The position numbers were made by a program, and so were the translations under genes. From Candidatus Methylomirabilia bacterium (GTDB taxonomy: Bacteria; Methylomirabilota; Methylomirabilia; Rokubacteriales; CSP1-6): a stretch of DNA of 64,000 nt. Positions 47,033-56,644 of this stretch are shown piece after piece. Each line of letters opens with the position of its first letter. Positions within the stretch are counted from its first letter, which is position 1. The notes under the pieces are model-generated. The model did not search any database and was not told where the DNA came from. It was given only the letters and a program-made list of their open reading frames with translations. Location of the stretch: assembly GCA_046758965.1 (NCBI GenBank), contig JBHIBG010000006.1, positions 29,930-93,929 on the forward strand, given 5' to 3'.

Positions 47033-47731
47033 CTAGTATATGCCGGCCTCCGGAGTCGAACAAGCCGGCGGGATGACCAGGGTGAACTCGCCCCTGATCT
47101 GATCCTCGCGAAAATGCGCGAGGTGCTCCGTGGGGGTGCCCGCGCGGATCTCTTCGAACTGCTTGGTGAGCTCGCGCGCCACCACCAGCGAGACCTCTCC
47201 GAACACCTCCTGGATGGCGACAAGCGTCTTGGCAAGCCGGTGCGGGGCCTCGTAGACGACCACGGTGGTCAGGAGCTCCCGAAGCGCCCTAAGACGGGAG
47301 AGCCGGCGGCCGGGCTTGGCGGGCAGGAACCCTTCGAACACGAACCGGTTGGCGGGGATCCCCGCTGCCGAGAGCGCCGCCGAAAGGGCCGAGGGCCCCG
47401 GCACGGGGACGACCAGGATTCCAGCGGCTCGCGCCGAGCTGACAAGGAGGGACCCGGGATCGGAAATGGCCGGCGTTCCGGCATCGCTCACCAGCGCGAG
47501 GGATCTCCCCTCGGAGAGGAGCCGGAGGAGGGAGGCGCCTTTCCTGAGCTTGTTCTGCTCGAAGTAGCTCGTGAGCGGGGCCGTAATGCCGAAGTGCGCT
47601 AGGAGGCGACGGGTTCGCCGCGTGTCCTCGCACGCGATCAGATCCACCTCTTTGAGGACGCGAAGAGCCCTGAGGGTGAGGTCCTCCAGATTGCCGATGG
47701 GAGTCGCCACCACGTACAACGTGCCACTCAT
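47033..47731 (-). CDS. rsmI: 16S rRNA (cytidine1402-2'-O)-methyltransferase
   Basis: LYVVATPIGNLED, CEDTR, SDAGTP.ISDPG, RELTKQFEE, RGE. Confidence 0.95.
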   Translation of the reverse strand: MSGTLYVVATPIGNLEDLTLRALRVLKEVDLIACEDTRRTRRLLAHFGITAPLTSYFEQNKLRKGASLLRLLSEGRSLALVSDAGTPAISDPGSLLVSSARAAGILVVPVPGPSALSAALSAAGIPANRFVFEGFLPAKPGRRLSRLRALRELLTTVVVYEAPHRLAKTLVAIQEVFGEVSLVVARELTKQFEEIRAGTPTEHLAHFREDQIRGEFTLVIPPACSTPEAGIY

Positions 47732-47744
47732 GGTCACTCCATTC

Positions 47745-48002
47745 GATGCGCCCGGCCACCCTCCCTCGCTTCAAGCCTCTTCGCCTCGACGAGCTTCGGC
47801 CGCTACAGCTCCTCCGATGTCGCTCGGGAGGGCACCCCCGGCACACCGAGATCGCACGTTTCGAGCGCGGGGGAAAGCACGCGCTGGAAACGACACGCTT
47901 GGCACGTCCCAACAACTTGAGCCGGAGCGCGGTTCCAGCGGCGGCCTTGCCGCCGCAACTGGAGGGGGAGGCCTCGGAGGGGGCCGTCGAGGCCCCCTCC
48001 GA
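47745..48002. repeat. REP/BIME-like palindrome mosaic
   Basis: TCGGAGGGGGCC-GTCGA-GGCCCCCTCCGA, GCGGCGGC-CTT-GCCGCCGC and CGTTTC.AGCGCG...CGCGCT.GAAACG hairpins. Confidence 0.65.
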
Positions 48003-48008
48003 CAATAA

Positions 48009-49256
48009 CTAGGCCGATTCGGCCCGGGTCTCCGAGATCAGGATGGGAGGCTGGCGCTTTACGATCGTTTCGTTGGTGATGACGCACTCCTTCAGCCCCT
48101 GGATGGAGGGGAGCTCGTACATAACGTCCAGCATCACTTCCTCCAGGATGGCCCGGAGCCCACGCGCGCCCGTACCACGCTGGAGCGCTTCCCGGGCGAT
48201 GGCGACCAGCGCCTCTTCGGTGTACTTGAGCCGCACCCGCTCCAGGTCAAAGTACTTCTGATACTGCTTGATGACGGCATTTTTCGGCTCCCGGAGGATC
48301 TGAATGAGAGCGCTCTCGTCCAAGTCGTGGAGCGTGGCGACCACGGGCAGGCGGCCCACGAACTCGGGGATCAACCCGTACTTGAGAAGGTCCTCCGGCT
48401 GGACCAGCGTCAGCAGGTCGCCGACCCTCCGCTCCCCGCGCGACTTGATCTGCGCCCCGAACCCCATGCCGGATTGGCCGATCCGCGACTCGATGATCTT
48501 CTCCAACCCGATGAAGGCGCCTCCGCAGACGAACAGCACGTTGGTCGTGTCCAGCTGGATGAACTCCTGATGGGGGTGCTTCCGGCCGCCCTGGGGGGGC
48601 ACGTTCGCGACAGTCCCCTCGAGAATCTTCAGGAGCGCTTGCTGGACACCCTCGCCAGAAACGTCGCGGGTGATGGAGGGGTTCTCGGACTTTCTCGCGA
48701 TCTTGTCGATCTCGTCGATGTAGACGATCCCACGCTCGGCCTTTTCGACGTCGTAGTCGGCGGCTTGCAGCAGGCGCAGGATGATATTCTCGACGTCCTC
48801 CCCCACGTAGCCAGCTTCCGTGAGCGTGGTGGCATCCGCGATGGTAAACGGGACGCGGAGCATTTTGGCCAGGGTCTGGGCCAGGAGCGTCTTCCCCGAG
48901 CCGGTGGGCCCGATGAGGAGGATATTGGCTTTCTGAAGCTCTACGTCCCCCACCTCGCTGCCCGCCTCGATCCGCTTGTAGTGGTTGTGAACCGCGACGG
49001 CCAGGATTTTCTTGGCCCGCTCCTGCCCGACCACGTACTGGTCCAGGACATTCTTGATCTCGGCCGGCTTGGGGAGACTCCGGATTTCCCGGCTCTTTTC
49101 CTCCTCCCACTCCTCCGCGATGATGTCATTGCAGAGCTCGATGCACTCGTCGCAGATGTAGACAGTCGGACCGGCAATGAGCTTCTTGACATCGTTCTGG
49201 CCCTTGCCGCAGAAGGAGCACTTCAGCATGCCGTTAGCTTCCCGTGATCGAGCCAC
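48009..49256 (-). CDS. clpX: ATP-dependent Clp protease ATP-binding subunit
   Basis: CSFCGK...CDEC zinc domain, [22 protein letters not shown]. Confidence 0.98.
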   Translation of the reverse strand: MARSREANGMLKCSFCGKGQNDVKKLIAGPTVYICDECIELCNDIIAEEWEEEKSREIRSLPKPAEIKNVLDQYVVGQERAKKILAVAVHNHYKRIEAGSEVGDVELQKANILLIGPTGSGKTLLAQTLAKMLRVPFTIADATTLTEAGYVGEDVENIILRLLQAADYDVEKAERGIVYIDEIDKIARKSENPSITRDVSGEGVQQALLKILEGTVANVPPQGGRKHPHQEFIQLDTTNVLFVCGGAFIGLEKIIESRIGQSGMGFGAQIKSRGERRVGDLLTLVQPEDLLKYGLIPEFVGRLPVVATLHDLDESALIQILREPKNAVIKQYQKYFDLERVRLKYTEEALVAIAREALQRGTGARGLRAILEEVMLDVMYELPSIQGLKECVITNETIVKRQPPILISETRAESA

Positions 49257-49267
49257 GCCCCGCGCTC

Positions 49268-49903
49268 CTACGCGCCCCCGCCCCCGGTCAGCACCGCCGC
49301 CTCCGTCAGCGACGGCGTGGTGGGCTTGGAGGAGATCACATCATCCACAATCCCGTACTCCCGGGCGTGCTCGGGCGTCATGAAAAAGTCCCGGTCCGTA
49401 TCCCGCTGGATCTGGTCCATACTCTGGCCGGTGTGAAGCACGAAGATCCGGTTGAGCTCGTCGCGGACGCGGAGGATCTCCCGCGCCTGGATGTCGATGT
49501 CCGTGGCCTGGCCCTGCACGCCACCGAGCGGCTGGTGAATCATGATCCGGGTGTGGGGAAGCGCGAACCGCTTGCCCTTGGCGCCGGCAGCCAGGAGCAG
49601 CGCCGCCATGGACGCCGCCTGCCCCATGCAGATCGTCGACATCGACGGCTTGACGTACTGCATCGTATCGTAGATCGCGAGCCCCGCGGTCACCGAGCCC
49701 CCCGGGGAATTGATGTAGAGGTAGATGTCCTTGTCGGGATCCTCCGCCTCCAGGAAGAGCATCTGGGCAATCACCAGGTTGGCCAGCTCATCCTCGATGA
49801 AGGTGGGAAGAAAGATGATGCGCTCCTTGAGGAGCCGGGAGAAGATGTCAAACGCCCGCTCCCCACGGGGGGTCTGCTCGACGACGATCGGCACCAAGGC
49901 CAT
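49268..49903 (-). CDS. clpP: ATP-dependent Clp protease proteolytic subunit
   Basis: [28 protein letters not shown]. Confidence 0.98.
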   Translation of the reverse strand: MALVPIVVEQTPRGERAFDIFSRLLKERIIFLPTFIEDELANLVIAQMLFLEAEDPDKDIYLYINSPGGSVTAGLAIYDTMQYVKPSMSTICMGQAASMAALLLAAGAKGKRFALPHTRIMIHQPLGGVQGQATDIDIQAREILRVRDELNRIFVLHTGQSMDQIQRDTDRDFFMTPEHAREYGIVDDVISSKPTTPSLTEAAVLTGGGGA

Positions 49904-49940
49904 GAACGCGTTCCTCCCTTCTCCCACCCTCCATCTTACC

Positions 49941-51209
49941 TCAGGACACAACGGTAGCGTGTTGAATCAAAAAGTCAAGGGTCCTGGCCTCCTGGAGAGA
50001 GAACCGGATCGCGTCCAGGTCGCCGCTCCGCTCGAGGAGCCGCCTGACGGCCGGGGCCGGACGCTGACTGGCGCTTGCAATGCGCTCGACTTCCGCCGCC
50101 TCCGCCTCCTCAGAGACGCTGAGCCCCTCATGCTCGGCAATGGCCTCGAGGAGCAGGACACGCCGCACGGCCTTTTCGGCGCCCGGCCTGAGCTCCTCGA
50201 CGAGCCTGTCGTAGTCCCAGCTCACCTGGTCGGGGTCTACCCCCTGCCGGCGGAGGCGGTCCCGAGCATGCTCGATCAGGTGGCTCACCTGGCGCAGGAC
50301 CATGGAGACAGGGACCTGAAACTCGTGCTGGGTCAACAGGGCTTCCACCACCTTCTCCTCGAGGGCACGGCGGTTCTCCCGCTCGCGCTGGACCTCGAGC
50401 TCTCCGCGGACCCCGGCGCGCACGGCCTCGAGGGACTCATACTGACCGAGGGTCTTGGCAAAGTCATCGTTCAAGGGCGGGAGGACCTTCTCCTTTACCT
50501 CCGCCACCTTAACCCGCGCCGTTCCAGGCTTTCCGCGAAGGTCTTCGCGGGGATGGTCCTCGGGGAAGCGCACCTGAACCTCGCGCTCTCCTCCCCTGCC
50601 CAGCCCGATCACCGCCTCCTCCACCTCGGGGAGCGCCGACTGGGAGCCCACCAGGACCGCGTGCCCCTGTTCGCTCTGCGGGTCAAGCCCTTCCAGCGAA
50701 ATCGTGATGTCCGTCAGAACCAGATCACCACGATCCGCCGCCCGGTCCACGCTCCGGAACTCGGCGTGCTGCTCCTGGAGGTAAGCGAGCACCCGGTCCA
50801 CGTCCTCCCCAGTCACCGGAACCGGGCTGTGATGGACCGTGACCCCCTTGTGGTTCCCCACGGGAATCGCCGGCTTGGTCTCCACGATCGCCGTGAGCTT
50901 GAGGGGCGCTTCCTCCTCGAGCGTGACCTCCTCGAAGTTCGGCGCCTCGACCGGGCGGAGCTTCGCCTCGGCGACCGCCTGGCGATAGACCTCGGGAATC
51001 AGCCGCTCGGCAACCTCCCGGCGCACCTCATTGGAGAAGTGGAGTTTGACCAGGTTCCGGGGCACATGGCCCTTCCGAAAGCCCGGCAGCCGCGCCTGGC
51101 GCTGGACGCGCCCGAACGCATCCTCCCAAGCCTCCCGCACCAGCTCCACCGGTGCCTCGACCTGAAGGCGGCACCTGCAGGCCTCGAGATTCTCGATTTC
51201 GATGTTCAT
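49941..51209 (-). CDS. tig: Trigger factor
   Basis: [10 protein letters not shown] ribosome-binding motif, [14 protein letters not shown]; upstream of clpP. Confidence 0.95.
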   Translation of the reverse strand: MNIEIENLEACRCRLQVEAPVELVREAWEDAFGRVQRQARLPGFRKGHVPRNLVKLHFSNEVRREVAERLIPEVYRQAVAEAKLRPVEAPNFEEVTLEEEAPLKLTAIVETKPAIPVGNHKGVTVHHSPVPVTGEDVDRVLAYLQEQHAEFRSVDRAADRGDLVLTDITISLEGLDPQSEQGHAVLVGSQSALPEVEEAVIGLGRGGEREVQVRFPEDHPREDLRGKPGTARVKVAEVKEKVLPPLNDDFAKTLGQYESLEAVRAGVRGELEVQRERENRRALEEKVVEALLTQHEFQVPVSMVLRQVSHLIEHARDRLRRQGVDPDQVSWDYDRLVEELRPGAEKAVRRVLLLEAIAEHEGLSVSEEAEAAEVERIASASQRPAPAVRRLLERSGDLDAIRFSLQEARTLDFLIQHATVVS

Positions 51210-51307
51210 GGGGGAGTCCATCACACCCGGCCGACCACGACAAGCTTACCACAACCAGCTTTGGGCCCCCGAACCCGGGCTTGCTCGGCTGCAGAGCGTC
51301 GCGAGCG

Positions 51308-51850
51308 TCACTTCCAACCGTGTCCCACCGAGCTACTTCCCCAACGTTCGAAGTGGACGCTCTCCCCGAAGGGACGCCGTCCGCCGGCCCGCGGCGGGGC
51401 GCTCAGGACGTCGGGGTCGGCGGGATAGCCGAACGACAGCGCGACATTCAGGTGTAGGTCGGCAGGGAAACCAAGTAGCTCCCGGGCGGCCTCCGGCTCG
51501 TAAATCGTGGCCAGGCATGAGGCCACGCCCAGTTCCCAGGCAGTCAGCTGCAGGTAGGCGGCAGCCTGCCCCCCATCGAACATGATCGACCAGCGCTGGG
51601 CCGGGTCAGGAGTGAGGATGGCTACGCCCAGCACGGCGCCAGCTAGATGGCCGGCGTATGCCCCAAGGCGCGACAGCGCCTCCAGTGTGGCCCGCTCCCG
51701 AATAGCGATAAAGCGCCAGGGCTGGGTGTTCTTTGAAGACTGGGCGCGCCGGCCCGCGTTCAGGATGCGGCGCACGACATCGTCCGGGAGCGGTCGCGGC
51801 GCGAAGAGGCGCACAGCGCGCTTCGTGCGGATGGCTTCAGTCACGTCCAT
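51308..51850 (-). CDS. Nitroreductase family protein
   Basis: AIRTKRAVR.F, AQSSKNTQPW.F, LSFGYP. Confidence 0.88.
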   Translation of the reverse strand: MDVTEAIRTKRAVRLFAPRPLPDDVVRRILNAGRRAQSSKNTQPWRFIAIRERATLEALSRLGAYAGHLAGAVLGVAILTPDPAQRWSIMFDGGQAAAYLQLTAWELGVASCLATIYEPEAARELLGFPADLHLNVALSFGYPADPDVLSAPPRAGGRRPFGESVHFERWGSSSVGHGWK

Positions 51851-51945
51851 GCTGCCCTCCTCGGTGCCGGGGTCCGAAACAGACGGGCACGGGGATAACC
51901 ATCCAGAGAAGCGGTGGATCGGCCAACACCGTGAGGCCGAGGCGA

Positions 51946-53841
51946 CTACACCCCCGCCTTGCGCATACCGTCGAGAAAACGCTCCAAGACCGCCTCGTCC
52001 TTATAGGGGAGTCTCTGCCTCAAGCTCTCCAGAGAGAGCTCGGGGCTGAGCCTCCGGACCTCTGCCAACTCAGCCCGGGCCTCGTCCTTCCGGCCCAACT
52101 CGCTGTAGATGACAGCCAGGTAGGCGTGGGCGGGCAGCCAATCGGGGTTGCGGGTGAGAACTCTCTTCAGGGTTACAATCGCCGCCTCGTAGTCCCCGGT
52201 CAAGTAGTAGGCATGGCCCAAGCCCCATAGGTAGACGAACGGATAGCGGGGGTTGAGGCGCATGGCCTTCTCCACCAACCGGATGGTCTCTTCTGGCCGC
52301 CCCGCCCAGCTGAGAATGTCCCCCAGCGTCGCATAGGCATCAGCGTCGTTAGGAGCAAGGGCGGTGGCCCACTCTGCCTCCGCGATGGCCTCCTCGTACT
52401 GCTTCTTCCACAGATAGACAAGGCCCAATAGCAGGCGGCAGCCGGGCAGGGAGTCATCCAGGCCTCTGGACCTTTGAGCGAGCTCCAGGGCTTGCTCGAG
52501 GGTCTGCGGGTCCTGGCTCCACTGCATAGTCCACCCGTGAAAGTACGTCCAGCCCAGGGCGGCATACGCCTCTCCATACTCCGGGTCCAGCTCAATGGCT
52601 CGCTCGAACATCTCGCGGGCCTTCAGATTTCCCTCCCTCGTGGTGCGGCGATAGTACTCGGTCCCCCGCAAGAAGTAGTCGTAGGCTTCGGCGCTGCCAG
52701 TGTGCTCGCCCCCCAGACGAGCCTCCTCCCCCTCGGTCAGCGTCACCGCCAGAGCTGCCACGATCTTCTGTGTGATCTCGTCTTGCAGGGCAAAAACGTC
52801 TTTCAGGTCCCGGTCGTAGCGCTCCGCCCACAGGTGGTGCCCCGTGGTGGCATCGACCAGTTGGGCCGTGATCCGCACCCTGCCGTCCGCCTTGCGAACG
52901 CTGCCCTCCAGCACATACTGCACCCCCAGCTCCTGGCTCACCTGTTGGACCTTGACCGGCTTGTCCTTGTAGGTGAAGACCGAGTTGCGAGCGATGACAA
53001 ACAGGCCCGACAGCTTGGAGAGGTCCGTGATGAGGTCCTCGGTGATCCCGTCGCTGAAATACTCCTGCTCCGGGTCGCCGCTCAAGTTTTCAAATGGCAG
53101 CACGGCGATGGAGGGCTTGTCGGGGATCTCAAGCGCCAAAGTTCCTTCGGAGACAACCGCGGCCGGAGGCGGAGAAGGCCATAGGTACAAGCTCCAGATC
53201 GCCACGCCCGCCGCTATCAACAGGCAGCACGCACCCGCACCCAGAGCTACCCACCGCCACGCCCTCCGCCCACCCCGGGCCCCTCCCGCCGCTCCGACGG
53301 CTTGAGCGGCTCCAGGCTCCATCCGAATACGATAGACCCTCACGGGCTCAGCGATGTTCTTCACGGTGTGCTCGCCCAGGGAGTCATACCCCAGAACGAG
53401 CTTGTTCTTCACCTGATCATAGACCGTCCCGGAGATCGAGATGCCGCCCCCCTCGGCCAGGCCCTCGACGCGCGCCGCGATGTTGACCCCATCTCCGTAG
53501 ATGCGTTCCCTCTCGACGATCACATCCCCGAGGTTGATGCCGATGCGGAACTCCATCCGGCGATGCTCCGGCAACGCGGCGTTCCTGACTTTGAGCTGCT
53601 GCTGGATCTCCACGGCGCACTGCAGTACGTCCACCACGCTGGCGAACTCCGCCAGCAGGTTATCCCCCGGGGAGTCCACCACCCGGCCCCGGTGCTGCCG
53701 GATGAGAGAGGCCATCACCCCGCGATAGGCAGTGAGGGTCTGGACCGTCGCCACCTCATCCTCGCCCATGAGGCGGCTGTACCCCTTGACATCGGCACTG
53801 AGGATGGCGGTCAGCTTGCGTTCGACGCCGGGCGCTTGCAC
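51946..53841 (-). CDS. Adenylate/guanylate cyclase with TM, TolB-like and TPR domains
   Basis: SADVKGYS, GD, YGDGVNIAAR, KPSIAVLPFENLS, TPR repeats; start approximate. Confidence 0.9.
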   Translation of the reverse strand: MQAPGVERKLTAILSADVKGYSRLMGEDEVATVQTLTAYRGVMASLIRQHRGRVVDSPGDNLLAEFASVVDVLQCAVEIQQQLKVRNAALPEHRRMEFRIGINLGDVIVERERIYGDGVNIAARVEGLAEGGGISISGTVYDQVKNKLVLGYDSLGEHTVKNIAEPVRVYRIRMEPGAAQAVGAAGGARGGRRAWRWVALGAGACCLLIAAGVAIWSLYLWPSPPPAAVVSEGTLALEIPDKPSIAVLPFENLSGDPEQEYFSDGITEDLITDLSKLSGLFVIARNSVFTYKDKPVKVQQVSQELGVQYVLEGSVRKADGRVRITAQLVDATTGHHLWAERYDRDLKDVFALQDEITQKIVAALAVTLTEGEEARLGGEHTGSAEAYDYFLRGTEYYRRTTREGNLKAREMFERAIELDPEYGEAYAALGWTYFHGWTMQWSQDPQTLEQALELAQRSRGLDDSLPGCRLLLGLVYLWKKQYEEAIAEAEWATALAPNDADAYATLGDILSWAGRPEETIRLVEKAMRLNPRYPFVYLWGLGHAYYLTGDYEAAIVTLKRVLTRNPDWLPAHAYLAVIYSELGRKDEARAELAEVRRLSPELSLESLRQRLPYKDEAVLERFLDGMRKAGV

Positions 53842-54040
53842 GGTAGGCTCTCCACTCAACGGATAGACTGTAGACCCAATTCTAGGGGAAGCCCGAGCAG
53901 CTGACAAGTCCTTCCGCTTGACCCTCGTGGCTCCTCGGGCTACCATCGCCTCATCCGGTTTGGCATTCGACGATCTTCTCTCTCGGCCGGCGAGCTCATG
54001 TCGAGCCCCTGGTCTTCGGCCGACCTTCGGCGCTCAGGCG

Positions 54041-54295
54041 ATGCCTAGTGTGACGGATGATCAGCCGGTACAGGTGGAGTGCTACGCGGGCGGGCGCGGG
54101 GAAGAGACGCCTCGTCGCTTCCGGTCGGGGAGCCGCTGGGAAGAGGTCGCGGTCCTCGCACGCTGGGTCAGCGAGAGCCTGGAAGGAAAGAACCGGCTTC
54201 GCTGGTTCAGGGTCTGCCTCGGACGCGGAGAAGAGGGCCTACTCTATCATGACGAGGGGTTAGATGCCTGGTTCTGGCGCCCCCGCACCCGTTGA
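54041..54295 (+). CDS. Small hypothetical protein (possibly DUF6504-like)
   Basis: VECYAGGRGEETPRRF...RW...FRV...LYHD...W pattern. Confidence 0.65.
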   Translation: MPSVTDDQPVQVECYAGGRGEETPRRFRSGSRWEEVAVLARWVSESLEGKNRLRWFRVCLGRGEEGLLYHDEGLDAWFWRPRTR

Positions 54296-54341
54296 AGCAC
54301 CCTTCCGAGGAGACCAAACGCCTCTACGGGTAACCAGCGTT

Positions 54342-54737
54342 TCAGCCGGTGGCTAAGGAAGGCTGGGACACCCGCCGCAGCGGCTGCCTGCCAGTCGTCT
54401 CAACCGTAAAGGTGGCCAGGTACAGCCGATCCACGGGACCCTTCAGCTCGAGCCCCACGTTGGGCGAAAGCACCGGAATCTGAGAGAGTCGCGTGATGAC
54501 ATCCCAAACCTCGTCACGCGAACGAAGGAGCACGTCAACCCTCACCACGCCCCGCCTCGAAAGCAACGGGTACCGGACCTGAACCGCCACCCGGCCGTGA
54601 AAGTCTCTTGGGACAAACCGCCTCATCACCGACCAGCACAGCGTCGATTGCCGGCGCTCACGCAGGTTGAGGAGTACCGCCCAAACCAGAGGGCCTGGTA
54701 TGAGCGCCACCGTAAATACCAATCCGCCAAGCTGCAT
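54342..54737 (-). CDS. Hypothetical protein with N-terminal hydrophobic helix
   Basis: GGAGGAGG RBS before ATG 54737. Confidence 0.55.
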   Translation of the reverse strand: MQLGGLVFTVALIPGPLVWAVLLNLRERRQSTLCWSVMRRFVPRDFHGRVAVQVRYPLLSRRGVVRVDVLLRSRDEVWDVITRLSQIPVLSPNVGLELKGPVDRLYLATFTVETTGRQPLRRVSQPSLATG

Positions 54738-54754
54738 CAGCGCCTCCTCCGTCA

Positions 54755-54991
54755 CTAACCCTCCTGCGTCGGTCTCACGCAGGATCCCCAAACCCTACTG
54801 GGTTCGCCGGCACACTCCGCGAACTTGCCGAGCAGCCAGTGGCCAACCCTGATCAGGGTGACGCCCAGAGAGACCCGGACCGGCTGACGTGGCAGGCGGA
54901 GAGAGTCGGCAACTGCTCTCTTCGACGCAAAGGCCTGCGCTTCAGCCAACCGTTCTCGCACAAGCAATTCCAGGAAGTACGCATTCTCCAC
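54755..54991 (-). CDS. Small hypothetical protein
   Basis: GGAGG RBS before GTG; (M)ENAYFLELLVRERLAEA...LGVTLIRVGHWL. Confidence 0.55.
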   Translation of the reverse strand: MENAYFLELLVRERLAEAQAFASKRAVADSLRLPRQPVRVSLGVTLIRVGHWLLGKFAECAGEPSRVWGSCVRPTQEG

Positions 54992-54993
54992 GG

Positions 54994-56022
54994 CTACGAA
55001 CCCTCCATGACCGCATTTGAGCCTCGCCTGTCCTCTCTGACACCGCAGGCGGGCTCGTGTGAAATAGGATTGAGGTCCGGCCGGCAGGTCGTGCAGGGAG
55101 CCAGGCCCATGGCCTCGGCGCGCCCGCGCGACCCGAACAGGGTGAGGCGTGCAGGCGTCAGTGAGCCCAGTGAGGGGCAGCTCGGCAGGCAGTACGCCTC
55201 CTCGCCCGGATAGCGCACGTACATCGCCTCGCGTACGATCTGGAAATCCCGGCTCACTCGCCTCGTGGGGATGCCCTCTGTGGCCAGGAGCCGCTCTTTG
55301 ACGCCGACCCGGTGACCCGCGTACCCGGTCAGGGAGCCAGAGGCGCCGACGACACGGTGGCAGGGAACCACGATTGGCAGCGGGTTCCAGCGGAGCGCCT
55401 GAGCCGCGGCCCGCACCGCCGCCGGCCTGCCGACCTCCCAGGCGATGCCCGCGTAGGAGACCACGGCGCCGTACGGGATCTTCGCCGTGGCCTGAAGGAC
55501 CGCCCGGTGGAAGTCGCTCCGGATCAAGCGGAGGTCGAGCGGCCACTCGAACCGTGTGCGTCTCCCTTCCAGGTACTCAAGGAGTTCCCGAAACGGCGTT
55601 TCGAGTCCGCCGCCTTCCTCCACCGCCTCAAGCCCGACAAGCCGGCTCAGCCGGGAACCTCCGAGGGTGGTCCTGCGCTCCAAGTACTCCACCAGTGAGA
55701 CCCCCTGCTCCGACCGCGCGATCAGGATGTTGCCGAGGGGCGAGGGAAAAATCCTGTAGGTCAGAAGACGGCTTCGGAGATCGGCCAGGCGCGACTCCAG
55801 CCTGTCGCGTGCGAGGGCCACGCGCGCGTCTGGAACCGGCTCGCTCTGCAGGTCCGCTACCGCCCGCTCGACGGCCTGGTAGCGATCAAACTCCTCGCGG
55901 CACGGGCCGCAGCGATCAAGATGGCCCTGCACCCGCCGGGCCACCGGGGGAGTCGCTTCCCCGGTCGCCGCAGCCAGCAGGTCAACGTCGATCTCGAGGC
56001 ACCGGGACGGCTTGGGACTCAT
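54994..56022 (-). CDS. Fusion: zf-HC2 anti-sigma domain + methylated-DNA--protein-cysteine methyltransferase + Ada-type Zn domain
   Basis: HLDRCGPC; IPYG..SY, AVRAA, NPLPIVVPCHRVV; C-terminal YCLPSC...PCTTCRP; ATGA overlap with the sigma gene. Confidence 0.85.
   Translation of the reverse strand: MSPKPSRCLEIDVDLLAAATGEATPPVARRVQGHLDRCGPCREEFDRYQAVERAVADLQSEPVPDARVALARDRLESRLADLRSRLLTYRIFPSPLGNILIARSEQGVSLVEYLERRTTLGGSRLSRLVGLEAVEEGGGLETPFRELLEYLEGRRTRFEWPLDLRLIRSDFHRAVLQATAKIPYGAVVSYAGIAWEVGRPAAVRAAAQALRWNPLPIVVPCHRVVGASGSLTGYAGHRVGVKERLLATEGIPTRRVSRDFQIVREAMYVRYPGEEAYCLPSCPSLGSLTPARLTLFGSRGRAEAMGLAPCTTCRPDLNPISHEPACGVREDRRGSNAVMEGS
55038..55069 (-). promoter_or_regulatory. Putative ECF promoter, copy 2
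   Basis: TCCTATTTCAC-17 nt-GTCA; 11-mer identical to the copy upstream of the sigma gene. Confidence 0.5.
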
Positions 56023-56549
56023 CGCTCTTGCTCCTTCGGGAGAAGTTCGTGACCGTTCAGGCCCTCGCGGATCTTCCGGAGAGCCTGATAGACGTGGGCA
56101 CGGGCGCTCTCGGCCGAGCAGTCGAGGGTCCGGGCGACCGCCTCGTAATCCAGGCCGTGGATCTTCCGCAGGATGAAGGCCAGTCGTTGTCTGAGCGGCA
56201 GTCCACCGACGATCGCCTCGATGAGCGCCCTGATCTCGTTGAACAGGGCCGCCTCCTCAGGCCCGTCCCCGCCAGTGTCGTGGACTCCGGCGCCCACTGT
56301 CGCGTAGGCCGTCCGCCGGCGCTTGTTGGCGCGGAACTGGTTCCGACAGAGGTTGCTCGCAATCGTGAACAGCCACCCACGAATATGGGCGTCTGGAGGC
56401 AGCGACCGGTAGCTCCGGTACGCCCGGAGGAAAGTTTCCTGGGAGAGGTCATCCGCCTCGCTCGGCCGCCCAGTCACCCGTACGAGGTATCGGTAGATCT
56501 CCCCGTGGTGCGCTGCCACCACCGCCTCGAACGCCTCCTGGCCCATCAT
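56019..56549 (-). CDS. ECF RNA polymerase sigma factor
   Basis: EADDLSQETFLRAY, WLFTIASN, LP..QR.AF.LR...GLDY..VA..L. Confidence 0.92.
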   Translation of the reverse strand: MMGQEAFEAVVAAHHGEIYRYLVRVTGRPSEADDLSQETFLRAYRSYRSLPPDAHIRGWLFTIASNLCRNQFRANKRRRTAYATVGAGVHDTGGDGPEEAALFNEIRALIEAIVGGLPLRQRLAFILRKIHGLDYEAVARTLDCSAESARAHVYQALRKIREGLNGHELLPKEQER

Positions 56550-56552
56550 CTC

Positions 56553-56587
56553 TATAAACCCCGAAGCGAAGCTGGCGTGAAATAGGA
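56553..56587 (-). promoter_or_regulatory. Putative autoregulatory ECF promoter, copy 1 (leaderless)
   Basis: TCCTATTTCAC-17 nt-GTTTATAGAG directly followed by ATG. Confidence 0.5.
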
Positions 56588-56644
56588 CCCCGAGTTTCCC
56601 AAGGCGCCTGCGGGCTCCGCGCCGCCACGGGACGGGAGAGTCGG

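Noticed and set aside
49725..51428. 567-aa plus-strand ORF, and many similar long antisense or alternate-frame ORFs in the track
   Set aside because: They overlap well-supported genes; expected artefacts of high-GC codon bias
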